A DNA stretch of 64,000 nt from NCBI RefSeq assembly GCF_046119375.1, contig NW_027362765.1, positions 222,084,001 to 222,148,000 of the forward strand, written 5' to 3'. The stretch comes from Phyllobates terribilis. Taxonomy: Eukaryota. Each line of letters starts with the position of its first letter. Position 1 is the first letter of the stretch. This document shows positions 1 to 12,500 of the stretch, in pieces. Position numbers and translations under genes: made by a program. The notes under the pieces are model-generated. The model had not been told where the DNA came from. It saw nothing but the letters and a program-made list of their open reading frames with translations, and did no database searches.

Positions 1-304
1 AGAGCATTGTAAGAAACTCATTGATGGTCACCGGAAGCGGTTGTTAGCAGTTATTTTGGCTAAAGGTTGTGCAACCAAGTATTAGGCTGAGGGTGCCAAT
101 ACTTTTGTCTGGCCCATTTTTGGAGTTTTGTGTGAAATGATCAATGATTTGATTTTTGCTTCATTCTCTTTTGTGTTTTTTCCTTGCAAGCAAATTAAAC
201 GAAGATAATAATACCAAAGAATTTGTGATTGCAATCATTTTCAGGAAGAAACTGAGTATTATCTGACAGAATTGCAGGGGTGCCAATACTTTTGGCCACC
301 ACTG
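1..304 (+). mobile_element. Tc1/mariner element, 3' end only
   Basis: Begins with the transposase C-terminus KLIDGHRKRLLAVILAKGCATKY* (stop 83-85). Ends with TIR GGGTGCCAATACTTTTGGCCACCACTG followed by TA. Confidence 0.85.
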
Positions 305-329
305 TACATACTCCCGGCCAGTGGACTTG

Positions 330-446
330 GCCTCGCTTCATACACTTGTATGGAGCCGAGGACTCAGTGTGTGCGCTGGGGAGATTCGTAAGACTGCAAT
401 CACACCGAGTGACTGCCGACTTATCGGTTTTGACTGGACAACCCCT
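330..446. mobile_element. T2/Kolobok-type MITE right end
   Basis: Ends GGACAACCCCT followed by TTAA (447-450). Similar to 1040-1157. Confidence 0.55.
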
Positions 447-689
447 TTAAAATGGCCCTCAAAGTTTCGGATGAGGTTTCCCGACCTCGCGGCTACTGGG
501 AGACCCGGTGGTTTTGAACTTTGGTGAAAAATGACCTGAGTTCAAGCCTCCGGGACATTGTCAACTGTTCTCCCTAAGATCAGCGTGACCAGGCGACAAT
601 GACGGGAGTTGTAGTCACCACCCACAGTGTACATTATGTGTAAAATAAAGAATTAAATAAAAAAAAAAAAACAGCGTGGGCTCCCATCA

Positions 690-965
690 GTTATTCATAA
701 CCAGCAAAGAGAAAGCTGCCCGCCGGGGGCTGATATTACTATCCAGGGACAGGGTCCATGAGCCCAAAATGTTCCCTTGCTATTAATAACGGCTCACAGC
801 TGTTTGATTAGCATTTACTGGCTAGTTTACAGGGGGACCCCATAAAAAATTGACGTAGGATTCCCCTATAAATTATAACCAGCAAAGGCTAAACAGACAA
901 ATGCGAGCTAATATTAATAGCCTAGGAAGGGGCAATTAGGCCCAAATGTTCCCTGGCTATTAATA
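690..965. repeat. Diverged ~177-bp tandem dimer
   Basis: ATAACCAGCAAAG at ~698 and ~875. CCCAAA(A)TGTTCCCT-GCTATTAATA occurs twice. Confidence 0.6.
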
Positions 966-1039
966 ACTATTAATAAGTGTATGGAGATCAAGGCTGTGCC
1001 GACTGGTCGGGAAAATGCATAACTCATACATACCCTCTG

Positions 1040-1157
1040 GTCCCGGGTCTGAAACAGGCAAATCCCCGCAGCACACAGTGCGTTCGCTGGGGGGATTCAA
1101 AAGTCTACAGTCACACAGAGTGACCGCAGACTTATCATTTTGGACCGGACAACCCCT
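1040..1157. mobile_element. T2/Kolobok-type MITE right end (second copy)
   Basis: GGACAACCCCT followed by TTAA (1158-1161). Upstream ~100 bp resembles 350-446. Confidence 0.55.
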
Positions 1158-1196
1158 TTAAGCTGTAATATGCCCATGTCCATAAGATTTAAGGGT

Positions 1197-1234
1197 GTAT
1201 ATATATATATTTATATATAATAACTATATATATA

Positions 1235-1276
<42 letters not shown>

Positions 1277-1310
1277 TAGATAGATAGATTCACATAACTA
1301 TATAACTATA
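1197..1310. repeat. (TA)n/(TAGA)n microsatellite
   Basis: Directly visible. Similar TA tracts separate most Tc1 copies (e.g. 2485-2515, 4095-4141, 29833-29876, 34102-34171, 38890-38930). Confidence 0.95.
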
Positions 1311-1312
1311 GA

Positions 1313-2484
1313 CAGTGGGTACGGAAAGTATTCAGACCCCTTTAAATTTTTCACTCTTTGTTTCATTGCAGCCATTTGGTAAATTCTAAAAAGTTCATTC
1401 TTTTTCTCATTAAAGTACACGCTGCACCCCATCTTGGCTGAAAAAAACTGAAATGTAAAAATTTTTGTAAATTTATTAAAAAAGAAAAACTGAAATTTCA
1501 CATGGTCATAAATATTCAGACCCTTTGCTCAGACACTCATATTTAAGTCACACGCTGTCCATTTCCTTGTGATCCTTCTTGAGATGGTTCTACTCCTTCA
1601 TTGGAGTCCGGCTGTGTTTAATTAAACTGATAGGACTTGATTTGGAAAGGCACACACCTGTCTATATAAGACCTCACAGCTCACAGTGCATGTCAGACCA
1701 AATGAGAATCATGAGCTCAAAGGAACTGCCCAAGGAACTCAGAGACAGAATTGTGGCAAGGTACAGATCTGGCCAAGGTTATAAAAGAATATTTGCATTA
1801 CTCAAGGTTCCTAAGAGCACAGTGACCTCCACAATCCTTAAATGCAAGAAGTTTGGGACCACCAGAAGTCTTCCTAGACCTGGCCATCCAGCCAAACTGA
1901 GCAATAGTGGGAGAAGAACCTTGGTGAGAGAGGTAAAGAAGAACCCCAAGATCACTGTGGCTGAGCTACAGAAATGCAGTAGGGAGATGGGAGAAAGTTC
2001 CACAAAGTCACCTATCACTACAACCCTCCACCAGTCGGGCCTTTATGGCAGAGTGGCCCGAAGGAGGCCTCTCCTCAGTGCAAGACATATGAAGCCCACA
2101 TAGAGTTTGCTCAAAAACCTGAAAATGGCTGTCCACCAATGTTCACCATCCAACCTGACGGAACTGGAGAGGATCTGCAAGGAAGAATGGCAGAGGATCC
2201 CCAAATCCAGGTGTGAAAAACTTGTTGCATCATTCCCAAGAAGACTCATGGCTGTACTAGCTCAAAAGGGTGCTTCTACTCAATACTGAGCAAAGGGTCT
2301 GAATACTTATGACCATGTGATATTTCAGTTTTTCTTTTTCAATAAATTTGAAAAATTTTCTACATTTCTGTTTGTTTTTTTCAGTCAAGATGGGGTGCAG
2401 AGTGTACTTTAATGAGAAATAAAATGGCTGCAATGAAACAGAGTGAAAAATTTAAAGGGGTCTGAATACTTTCCGTACCCACTG
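1313..2484 (+). mobile_element. Internally deleted Tc1 element with long IR/DR-type TIRs
   Basis: TIR CAGTGGGTACGGAAAGTATTCAGACCCCTTTAAATTTTTCACTCT at both ends. 1172 bp, DDE core missing. Confidence 0.9.
1702..2289 (+). pseudogene. Tc1 transposase: N-terminal HTH domain plus C-terminal tail, catalytic domain deleted
   Basis: MSSKELPKELRDRIVARYRSGQGYKRI...PRPGHPAKLS, then a jump at ~2117 to LKMAVHQCSPSNLTELERICKEEW...AQKGASTQY*. Confidence 0.85.
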
Positions 2485-2515
2485 TACATATATATTATAT
2501 ATATATATATATATA

Positions 2516-4091
2516 CACTGCTCAAAAAAATAAAGGGAACACTGAAATAACACATCCTAGATCTGAATGAATGAAATATTCTCATTGAATACTTTGTTCT
2601 GTACAAAGTTGAATGTGCTGACAACAAAATCACACAAAAATCATCAATGGAAATCAAATTTATTAACCAATGCAGGCCTGGATTTGGAGTCACCCCCAAA
2701 ATTAAAGTGGAAAAACACACTACAGGCTGATCCAACTTTGATGTAATGTCCTTAAAACAAGTCAAAATGAGGCTCAGTATTGTGTGTGGCCTCCACGTGC
2801 CTGTATGACCTCCCTACAACGCCTGGGCATGCTCCTGATGAGGTTGCGAATGGTCTCCTGTGGGATCTCCTCCCAGACCTGGACTAAAGCATCCGCCAAC
2901 TCCTGGACAGTCTGTGGTGCAACGTGACGTTGGTGGATGGAGCGAGACATGATGTTCCAGATGTGCTCAATCGGATTTAGGTCTGGGGAACGGGCTGCCA
3001 GTCTATAGCTTCAATACCTTCATCTTGCAGGAACTGCTGACACACTCCAGCCACATGAGGTCTGGCATTGTCCTGCATTAGGAGGAACCCAGGGCCAACC
3101 GCACCAGCATATGCTCTCACAAGGGGTCTGAGGATCTCATCTCGGTACCTAATGGCAATCAGGCTACCTCTGGCGAGCACATGGAGGGCTGTGCGGCCCT
3201 CCAAAGAAATGCCACCCCACGCCATTACTGACCCACTGCCAAACCGGTCATGCTGAGGGATGTTGCAGGCAGCAGATCACTCTCCACGGCGTCTCCAGAC
3301 TCTGTCACGTCTGTCACATGTGCTCAGTGTGAACCTGCTTTCATCTGTGAAGAGCACAGGGCGCCAGTGGCGACTTTGCCAATCCTGGTGTTCTGTGGCA
3401 AATACCAAGCGTCCTGCACGGTGTTGGGCTGTGAGCATAACCCCCATCTGTGGACGTCAGTCCCTCATACCACCCTCATGGAGTCGGTTTCTAACAGTTT
3501 GTGCAAACACATGCACATTTGTGGCCTGCTGGAGGTCATTTTGCAGGGCTCTGGCAGTGCTCCTCCTGTTCCTGCTTGCACAAAGGCGGAGGTAGAGGTC
3601 CTGCTGCTGGGTTGTTGCCCTGCTACGGCCCCTCCGCGTCTCCTGGTGTACTGGCCTGTCTCCTGGTAGCGCCTCCAGCCTCTGGACACTACGCTGACAG
3701 ATACAGCAAGCCTTCTTGCCACAGCTCGCATTGATGTGCCATCCTGGATGAGCTGCACTACCTGAGCAACTTCTGTGGGTTGTAGAGTCCGTCTCATGCT
3801 ACCACGAGTGTGAAAGCACAACCAACATTCAAAAGTGACCAAAACATCAGCCAGAAAGCATTGGTACTGAGATGTGGTCTGTGGTCCCCACCTGCAGAAC
3901 CACTCCTTTATTGAGGGTGTCTTGATAATTGCTAATAATTTCCATCTATTGTCCATTCCATTTGCACAACAGCATGTGAAATTGATTGTCAATCAGTGTT
4001 GCTTCCTAAGTGGACAGTTTGATTTCACAGAAGTTTGATTTACTTGGAGTTATATTCTATTGTTTAAGTGTTCCCTTTATTTTTTGGAGCA

Positions 4092-4094
<3 letters not shown>
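2516..4094 (-). mobile_element. Full-length degraded Tc1 element (CACTGCTCAAAAAAATAAAGGGAACAC TIR family)
   Basis: TIRs and TA flanks at both ends, 1579 bp. Transposase fragments [28 protein letters not shown] and MAWGGIS..LMQDNARPH are in different frames. Confidence 0.92.
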
Positions 4095-4144
<50 letters not shown>

Positions 4145-4259
4145 AAATTAAAGATGTTGATCACCTAGGTCACATATGCAGCAAATTTTTTGAGACTTAA
4201 ATTAAAGTCATTTTGGATTTTAAAATTATTTTTCAAGCTGGTGTTATAAAGGATTCTAA

Positions 4260-4452
4260 TTTAATGAGATAATGACTTTTGTGTTTTCATTGGCTGTAAG
4301 CCATAATCATCAACATTAACAGAAATAAACACTTTTAATAGATCACTCTGTTTGTAATGACTCTATATAATATATGAGTTTCACTTTTTTTTATCGAATA
4401 ACTGAAATAAATTAACTTTTTGATGATATTCTGATTTTGTGAGAAGCACCTG
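4260..4452. mobile_element. Tc1 terminal fragment
   Basis: Ends AACTTTTTGATGATATTCTGATTTTGTGAGAAGCACCTG followed by TA, a Tc1-type TIR. Confidence 0.6.
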
Positions 4453-4477
4453 TATGTAAAAATGTTGTGCACATATA

Positions 4478-6072
4478 GAGTGGGGAAAATAAGTATTTGA
4501 CACACTGACGATTTTGCAAGTTTTCCCACCTACAAAGAATTTAGAGGTCTGTAATTTTTATTATAGTTACACTTCAACTGTGAGAGACAGAATCTAAAAA
4601 AAATCCAGAAAATCACATTGTATGATTTTTATATAATTAATTTGCATTTTATTGCATGAAATAAGTATTTGATACAATAGAAAAGCAGAACTTAATATTT
4701 GATAAAGAAACCTTTGTTTGCAATTACAGAGATCAGACTTTTCCTGTAGTTCTTGAACAAGTTAGCATACACTGCAATAGGGATTTTGGCCCACTCCTCC
4801 ATACGGATCTTCTCCAGATCTTTCAGGTTTCAGGGCTGTTGTTGGGCAACATTAAGTTTAAGCTCCCTCCAAAGATTTTTCAAATGGATTCAGGTCTGGA
4901 GACTGGCTAGGCCACTCCAGGATCTTGAAATGCTTCTTGCGGAGTCACTCCTTAGTTGCCCTGGCTGTGTGTTACCGGTCATTGTCATGCTGGAAGACCC
5001 AGCTACAACCCATCTTCAATGCTCTTACTGAGGGAAGGAGGTTGTTGGCTAAAATCTTGCGATACATGACCCCATCCATCCTCCCTTCATTACAATGCAG
5101 TCGTCCTGCCCCTTTGCAGAAAGGCATCTCAAAAGTATGATGTTTCCCCCACCATGCTTCATGGTTGGGACGGTGTTCTTGGGATTGTACTCATCCTTCT
5201 TCCTCCAAACACAGCAAGTGGAGTTGAGACCAAAATAGAACTTTTTGGTATCATCTGACCACATGACCTTCTCCCATGCCTCGCCTGGATCATCCAGATG
5301 GTCAATGGTGAACTTCAAACAGGCCTGAACATGTGCTGGCATGAGCAGGGGGACCTTGCGTGCCCTGTAGGATTTTAATCCATGCTGGCATAATGTGTTA
5401 CTAACGGTAATGTTTGAGACTGTGGTCCCAGCTCTCTTCAGGTCATTGACCAGATCCTCCCGTGTAGTTCTGGGCTGATTCCTGACCTTTCCCAGAATCT
5501 TGCTTAGCCAACGAGGCGAGATCCTACATGGAGTACCAGACCGAGGAAGATTGACAGTCATTTGTGTTTCTTCTATTTTCTAATAATTGTGTAAAACAGT
5601 TGTTGCCTTCTCAACAAGTTGCTTGTCTATTGTCCTGTAGCCCATCTCAGCCTTGTGCAGGTCTACAGTTTTGTCCCTGATGTCCTTAGACAGCTCTTTG
5701 GCCATGGTGGAGAGGTTGGAGTGTGATTGATTGAGTGTGTGGACAGGTGTCTTTTATACAGGTAAGGAGTTCAAACAGGTGCATTTAATACAGATAATGA
5801 GTGCAGAGTAGGAGGGCTTCTTAAAGAAAAGCTAACAGGTCTGTGAGAGCAAGAATTCTTGCTGGTTGGTAGGTGATCAAATACTTATTTCATGGCAATA
5901 AAATACAAATTAATTATGTAAAAATCATACAATGTGATTTTCTGGATTTTTTTTAGATTCTGTCTCTCTCAGTTGAAGTATACCTATGATAAAAATTAAA
6001 GACCTCTCCATTCTTTGTAGATGGGAAAACTTGCAAAATCGTCAGTGTATTAAATACTTATTTTCCCCAATG
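4478..6072 (-). mobile_element. Full-length degraded Tc1 element (CAGTGGGGAAAATAAGTATTTGA family)
   Basis: Long inverted termini. Minus-strand transposase pieces [36 protein letters not shown] are frameshifted. Confidence 0.9.
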
Positions 6073-6099
6073 TACTGTATATCATATAATTAATAAATA

Positions 6100-7070
6100 A
6101 AGGGTTAATTCTAGCATTAAATAAGTACTCTCATCACAATTTTTGTCCTCTTAATATTTTGCAGTCATCATATTATATAGCACTATGTACTTACATTTGC
6201 TCATTTTGCCTTTCTACTGTCATGCTCATTGTTCGAACCCTTGATTCTGTGGTCGGCGTCCCACAACAGATACACCTTTTCTTTGGGTGTTTTAGCTCTG
6301 TTATATTTGTTTCTGTCAGTTTTGGTTAATAGGTGTTTTTCATTTACTCTGTTTATCTGTCCTATCACCTTTCGGGTGCAGGTTTAAATACCTTCCCCTA
6401 CTGGTGTTTCCTGCTGGTGATAGACTTTATTGGATTCATTTGCTTTGCTGTAGTTTGCGTTGGTTTCAGTTGTTTTGTGTGTGATTCCTTTATTTCATAG
6501 GAAACTGCTACTCTAGCGATCCTAGGAGCTGCTAAGGACATCCAGAGTAAGCTGCCGTCAAGTGGGGTGCCATTACGTTATCTTAGGGTGGCAACCTCCA
6601 CGGTCAGGCAGAGACAGACCAGGGTCAGAGAAGGGTTTTTTCCTAGTCTGAAAAGGGGCCTGTCAGGTTCAGTTATTTGTCTTCTTGGTTTGTACGTTAC
6701 CCATATGAATGTGCTAGGGCAGTCATAACATCTACCCAGCTAATTCTTCTCTTTTCCATTAGGTCTATGACATCACATGATTAAAAACTGATCAGCTAAA
6801 TCCTTCTAAGCTTTACGTAGAAACATGAAGTCTATTTTACCTGTATGAGTCATGAGTCACTGCAAAAGTCCCTGGCAGAGGGAGTAGGGAGCAGCTGGGT
6901 CAGGAGTTGAAGAGGGGAATGATTTATGCAGGGAAAAGAGACTTCCTGTTTCTACACAGAGAAAAGAGATTAATTAGCTGGGTAGAAAGGCAAAATGAGC
7001 AATTGTAAGTACACAGTATTATATAATATGATGACTGCAATATTTAGAGGATAAAAAACTTTGATGGGAA
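6100..7070. mobile_element. Palindromic non-autonomous DNA element interrupted by a solo LTR
   Basis: GCAGTCATCATATTATATAG..CATTTTGCCTTTCTAC|CCAGCTAAT is inverted at GCTGGGTAGAAAGGCAAAATG..TATAATATGATGACTGC. Confidence 0.65.
6218..6730 (+). mobile_element. Solo LTR (513 bp)
   Basis: TGTCATG...CATAACA termini, exact 5-bp TSD TCTAC on both sides, TATA-like TTTAAATA at ~6385. Orientation tentative. Confidence 0.8.
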
Positions 7071-7074
7071 GGCT

Positions 7075-8400
7075 TCTCGAATGCGATATAATGGTAAAGA
7101 TAGTGCATACACGAGTATAAACACAATGAGACTCACCCACAAAACCCCGGACACGCGTTTCACCGATGCTTCGTGAAGGATGGTTGGTGGGAATGTTTGG
7201 TGAGGTATATAAAGTACGAGTGGCCAGTCAGAAATTGCCATTCCTGAAATCAGGCAGTCAGATCCAGTTCTTGCTTAGAATATCTAAAGTCTTTGGAGCA
7301 AATCCTGTGGGCTCATAAGAATTGTCCAGTGGGTATATTTCTAATCAAATGGGTGGTATGTGATGATATGAAATGCATAAGGAGTTTACTGCAATTTGCT
7401 GCCTATGAATATCGGTTTGTAGATATTTAGAGTAATCCACCTGTATGAATAAATTAAGGAAGTCAACTGAAGTATGACTGGCAGAGTACATTAGCTTGAT
7501 ATTGTAGACATTCCCATTGAGATAGGACATAAACACATCAAGGGGGCCTTGTCATATCAACAGAATATCGTCAAAACAGAGGTCCAAAATTGGATCCACT
7601 GGATCATGGGTTCTGGTTCAGTGAAGAAAATCTCCCTCTTCCACAGACCCAGGTACAGATGAGCATATGAGGAAAGATGAGTTTATGAGGACGCACAGCT
7701 GCACCCATTGCAGTCCCTTGGAGCTGAAGGTAGAGGGAGCTCTTAAATAAGAAGTTATGTGACAGTAAAAAGGGAAGCGCTTCCACAATGATATCACTTT
7801 TCAATTTCCCCAATTCTTTCTTCCCTTTTCTCTTTTCTTATCTGTGCTCGCTTGCTGGCTATCATGGTATGTCCCTGCAGGGGTTAAACTTTCTGCCTCC
7901 AATTAGTTCTGCCTCTGGTATCTGTTACATACAGTCCTTGATGATGCGACAGTCACATGACCACCGTTCCAGGCAATTCTATTGGCTCTGAGCCACACAT
8001 GCTCATGTGAACCTTTTCGGTGGTCTTATGTTGTAGTTTGGTGAAGTCACATGATCGGCAGTCACTTCCCTACCTATTGCGCACAAGTCAATGTCTATCG
8101 CTCAGTGCATAAGTGTCTGCAGTCATAAGGTTATTATTCATAAATTATATGTCATATGTGTATTTTTGGATTGAGTTATTTCTGATTGGCTACTTATCCT
8201 TTATTTACCTAGCCAAATATCACCATTAACCACCCCTGCCAATGCATTGGTGAAACGCACTTCAGGTGTTTGGTGGGTGAGCCTTATTATGTTTCTACTT
8301 TTGTATGCCCTATCGGCACTTTATGTGATGTAACTAATACAGAGATATTTTTGCTGGTACTCCACTTTCATTTCTTATTGCATGTAGTTTGCTCTTGCAC
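7075..8400 (-). mobile_element. Penelope-like retroelement relic with RT fragments between inverted terminal repeats
   Basis: Minus-strand fragments FLFKSSLYLQLQGTAMGAA and IKLMYSASHTSVDFLNLFI..TDIHRQ resemble Penelope RT motifs. GGTGAAACGC..GTGGGTGAG occurs inverted at ~7130-7170 and ~8245-8285. Confidence 0.65.
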
Positions 8401-8474
8401 ACCTGCTAAATTTGGACAGCAAAATATTTCATATATATGAACTAGAAGATAGATCTCTCTATATACTGTATATA

Positions 8475-9379
8475 CCATATTTTCCAGACGATAAGACGCA
8501 CCAGACCATAAGACGCACCTAGGTTTTAGAGGAGGAAAATAGAAAAAAAATTAAGCAAAAAATGTGGTCCTGATGCCCGATTATGGGGGAGGGACTCTGC
8601 AGCTGACACTGGTATTGGGGTAATGTCCCCCAATTCTGTTAATATCCTCCATCCTGGTATGTATGGCCCCTCCTTCCTGGTATACATTGCCCTCATCCCC
8701 ATCCTGGTATACGTGGCCCTCATCCCCATCCTGGTATACGTGGCCCTCATCCCCATTGGACTATAAGACGCACTTTTTTCCTCAAAAATTTTTGAGGAAA
8801 GTGGGGGGTGTGTCTTATAGTCCGAACATATGTTCTGTGGGTGGTGGGGCAGCTGGGGGGGAGCGGCAGTGGGGCCTGCTGCAGCCTATTCTGCTAAAGA
8901 AAATGAATATTCCCTGCTCCCCACTCCTACAGTCCTGGGGAGCAGGGAATGTTCATTTTCCTTAATAGTGGGCAGTGTGCCCACTATTAAAGACCATGAA
9001 TATTTACTACAAGTCATGGGAGTGGGTTGTAGCGAATATTCATGAGCTTTAATAGCAGGCACACAGACCGCCGGCCGCAGCAGGAGCCGCACTGCGGGTA
9101 CAGTGTGCGCGCTATTAGGGAAAATGAATATTTCCTGCTCCCCACGCCCATGGGCACGGGGAGCAGGGAATATTTATTTTCTTTAGCAGCGGGCATAGCG
9201 TAGGCTGCAACAGGCGGCTGCAGCCTCCTGTGCCCCACTCATCCCCCGCCTCCGCTCCCCCCCCAATCTCCCCACCACCCACAGACACAGAACATATGTT
9301 CAGACTATAAGAAGCACCCCCCACTTTCCTCCAAAATTTTGGAGGAAAAAAGTGCATCTTATAGTCCGAAAAATACGAT
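8475..9379. mobile_element. Tc2/pogo-like non-autonomous element
   Basis: CC(A/G)TATTTT..GAC(G/T)ATAAGACGCAC terminus and its inverse TTATAGTCCGAAAAAATACG, TA flanks. Internal inverted block 8755-9379 and a 27-bp tandem repeat at 8690-8755. Confidence 0.7.
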
Positions 9380-10481
9380 ATATATAAACAGGACCATTGT
9401 CATTTCAATACTGTGCTATGATTAAGGGAGTCTAGGACGCCGGAAATGCGTCAGTTTTCTTATCTTTGTTTGTTGGGTTTTATGGTATAAAGAAATAAAA
9501 TAGTGCTTTTATTTTACCTTGTGGAAGTGCCGCTTTTTTCACTAAATACAAGGAAATATGGCTTTAAAAGTGATATACTCACAATTCTTTGTCATACAGG
9601 GGGTTAATACTCACAATTCTTTGTCAAAAGGGGGGGGTAATTCTTTATCATGGGGGGGTAATTCTTTATCATGGGGGGGTAATACCCACCCCTTATATGT
9701 TCAAATATCAGATGCACCTATTGCTCCTCCTAAAGCTGTCCTTGAGTTACACTACGCAGGATCTCCCTCTAAAAACAGGCATAGTGCCAGCAAGTTCCAG
9801 ACTGTTGGCAACTATGTATTTAGGTTAGGGGTCAAGAATTAAAAAAAAACTGTATTTCTCTACACCCCTTTGCTAATCATCCATTTCATTCATTTTTACA
9901 CATAGAAACTATTAAAAATTATTTGTAAAAAAAAAAAAAAAAAAAGGAGCTGCTTCATTCAGCAGGTGCCAGCTGTGTTGTACTGTTGGAATCTGCTAGT
10001 AACAGAAATGTCCGATTGCAGCAGTGTAACACCTTAAATGCACCATCAATAGCAACTACAGCATCTAAATGGCTAGACGGAGAGCAAATCTTCTACATTG
10101 GAATTGCAGGGTCACAATATGTTGTCATGTCAGCCACTGGCCTACTGAAGTCACCTGTGTCATGTTGCTATTCTTATTAAGTTGTATGGCTTTGTAGAGA
10201 CTGGTAAAATGCTTATACACCATAATAGAATTACTACAGTCTACTGTACAATCACGGATTCATGGGTCTTGCCATATTCTTTAAAAAGAAAAATATAAAT
10301 ATAAATACTGTACCAGACAAAAGTTTGGACAGACTTGTTCAAGCAATGGTTTTCCGTATTCTTATTGGAATGTGCACCTTGTAGATACAGACTGAAAGCA
10401 GGAAAACCACAAAGCAACATATATGGAAACAAGGAGTTAAGAAACACGTGTGAAACAAACCAGAATATTTGTTAATCCTTA

Positions 10482-11106
10482 AGGCCCCGTCACACTTAGC
10501 GACGCTGCAACGATCCCGACAACGATACGACCTGTCAGGGATCGTTGCTGCGTCGCTATGTGGTCGCTGGTGAGCTGTCAAACAGGCAGGCTCACCAACG
10601 ATCAGGGGAGCAGCGACATCGTGGAAAGAATCTTTCCACGATGTCCTGCTCCTGGTTACGAGCCTGCTGAAGCAGGAGCAGGCTGGTAACTATGGTGAAC
10701 ATCGGGTTACTAGGGGCACACGCGCTCCTAGTAACCCGTTGTTTATCATGGTTACCACTCTGCTACAGTGAGCGGGAGGTTACCGCTCACTTTAGCAGGC
10801 TCGTAACCATGATAAACAGCGGGTTACTAAGTGCGCGTGTGCCCCTAGTAACCCGATGTTTACCATAGTTACCAGCCTGATCGCTGCTCCCGCTGGTCAC
10901 ACACAGCGATGTGTGCTGACCAGCGGGAGAGCAACGACCAAAAAATGGTCCAGGACACTTTGCAGCGATCAGCGACCTCACAGCAGGGGCCTGATCGCTG
11001 CAAAGTGTCACACATAGCGACATTGCTGGTGAGGTCGCTGTTGCGTCACCAAAACCGTGACACAGCAGCGATCTCGCTAGCGATCTCGCTATGTGAGATG
11101 GGGGCT
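10482..11106. mobile_element. PIF/Harbinger-type MITE
   Basis: AGGCCCCGTCACAC...GTGAGATGGGGGCT termini, TTA TSD, nested internal inverted repeats at 10640-10880. Confidence 0.8.
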
Positions 11107-11495
11107 TTAGATTCCTCAAAGTATCCCCCTTTAACTCTGATAACAGGTTTAACACTCTTGGGATTCTATCAGCAGCTTCATCAGGTAGTTACATGAAATG
11201 ACTTTCCAACAGTCTCAAAGGACTTCTCAGATGTGCTGAGCACTCGTTGGCTGCTTTGCTTTCACTCTGTGATCAAACTTACTTATCCCTGACTATGTCT
11301 ATTGGGTTGAGGTCAGGTGATTGAGGGGACCATTTCATTTTATGCTGCACTCCATCCCTCTCTTTCTTGGTCACAGAGCCCTTACATAGCCTGGAAATGT
11401 TTTTTTTGGGTCATTGTCTTGTTGCAACACATATGATGGTCCCACTAAATGCAAATCAGATGGGATGGCATGTCATTGCAGACTGCTTTGGTAGC

Positions 11496-12500
11496 TGGTG
11501 GCGTAACTAGAGTCCAATGGGCCCCAGTGCAAAATTTTGACCTGGGCTCCCCCTGCAAGTTGGTCAGAGGTATGGGCCCTTGTAGCATTCTAAATGCTAT
11601 AAGGGCATACATGTTACCCCTCTCCCATTATGTAGTAATGTCCCCCATCATGGGCCCCTTACTTGTATATAGGTCCTCCATTCTGGGCCCATCACAGTAT
11701 ATATGTCCCCCATCCTGGTATATATGTCCCTCATCCTGGGCCCATCCTGGTATATATCACCCCCATCCAGGGCCCATCCTGGTATACATATCCCTCATCT
11801 TGCTATATATAAACACCATCTTGGCGCACATGTCTCCCTTTCTGGTATATATGTCCCCCATCCCAGGCCCCTTCCTGGTATATATGTCCCCCATTCTTAT
11901 ATATATCACCTCCATCCTGATATATATATCATTCTCATCCTGGTATATATGTCCCCCATACTGGTATATATCACTCCCATTCTGGGCCCATCCTGGTATA
12001 TATGTCCCCCATCTTCATATATATGAACCCCATCCTGATTTACATGTCCCCTTTTCTGGTATATATTTTCCCCACAATGGGTCCTTTCTTGGTATATATG
12101 TCCCCCATCCTGGCACATCCTGGTATATATTTCCATCCTGGATCCATCCTGATATACATGTCTCCCACTCTGGTATATATGCCCCCTATCCTGGTATATA
12201 GGTCCCCTATCTTGGTATATATCACCCCCATCCTGGTATATATGCCCCCCATACTAGCCCATCTTTGTATATATTACCCTCATCCTGGTGTATATCACTC
12301 CCATTCTGGGCCCATCCTGGTATATATGTCCACTCTGATTGGCCAGCCGCATGTATTGCAGTGTAGGGACCTTGCAGGTCTATGTGCCGCAATGCATTTA
12401 AGCTGAATATGCGTCCTTTGGTGCACATCCAACTGAAATTGACGCTGGCATTGGCGGGCTCCCCTTCCGTAAGGGCCCAGTCGTGGTCACACAGGATGCC
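11496..12500. mobile_element. hAT-like MITE relic containing a minisatellite
   Basis: GTGGCGTAACTAG..GGGCCCC left end. Right terminus not clearly found. Confidence 0.45.
11690..12330. repeat. Degenerate ~19-27-bp minisatellite (core CCCATCCTGGTATATATGTCC)
   Basis: Around 30 diverged units visible. Explains the low-complexity ORFs at 11449-12406. Confidence 0.9.

Noticed and set aside
11449-12406. 250-aa and other hydrophobic ILVYMSP-repeat ORFs
   Set aside because: Minisatellite artefacts.
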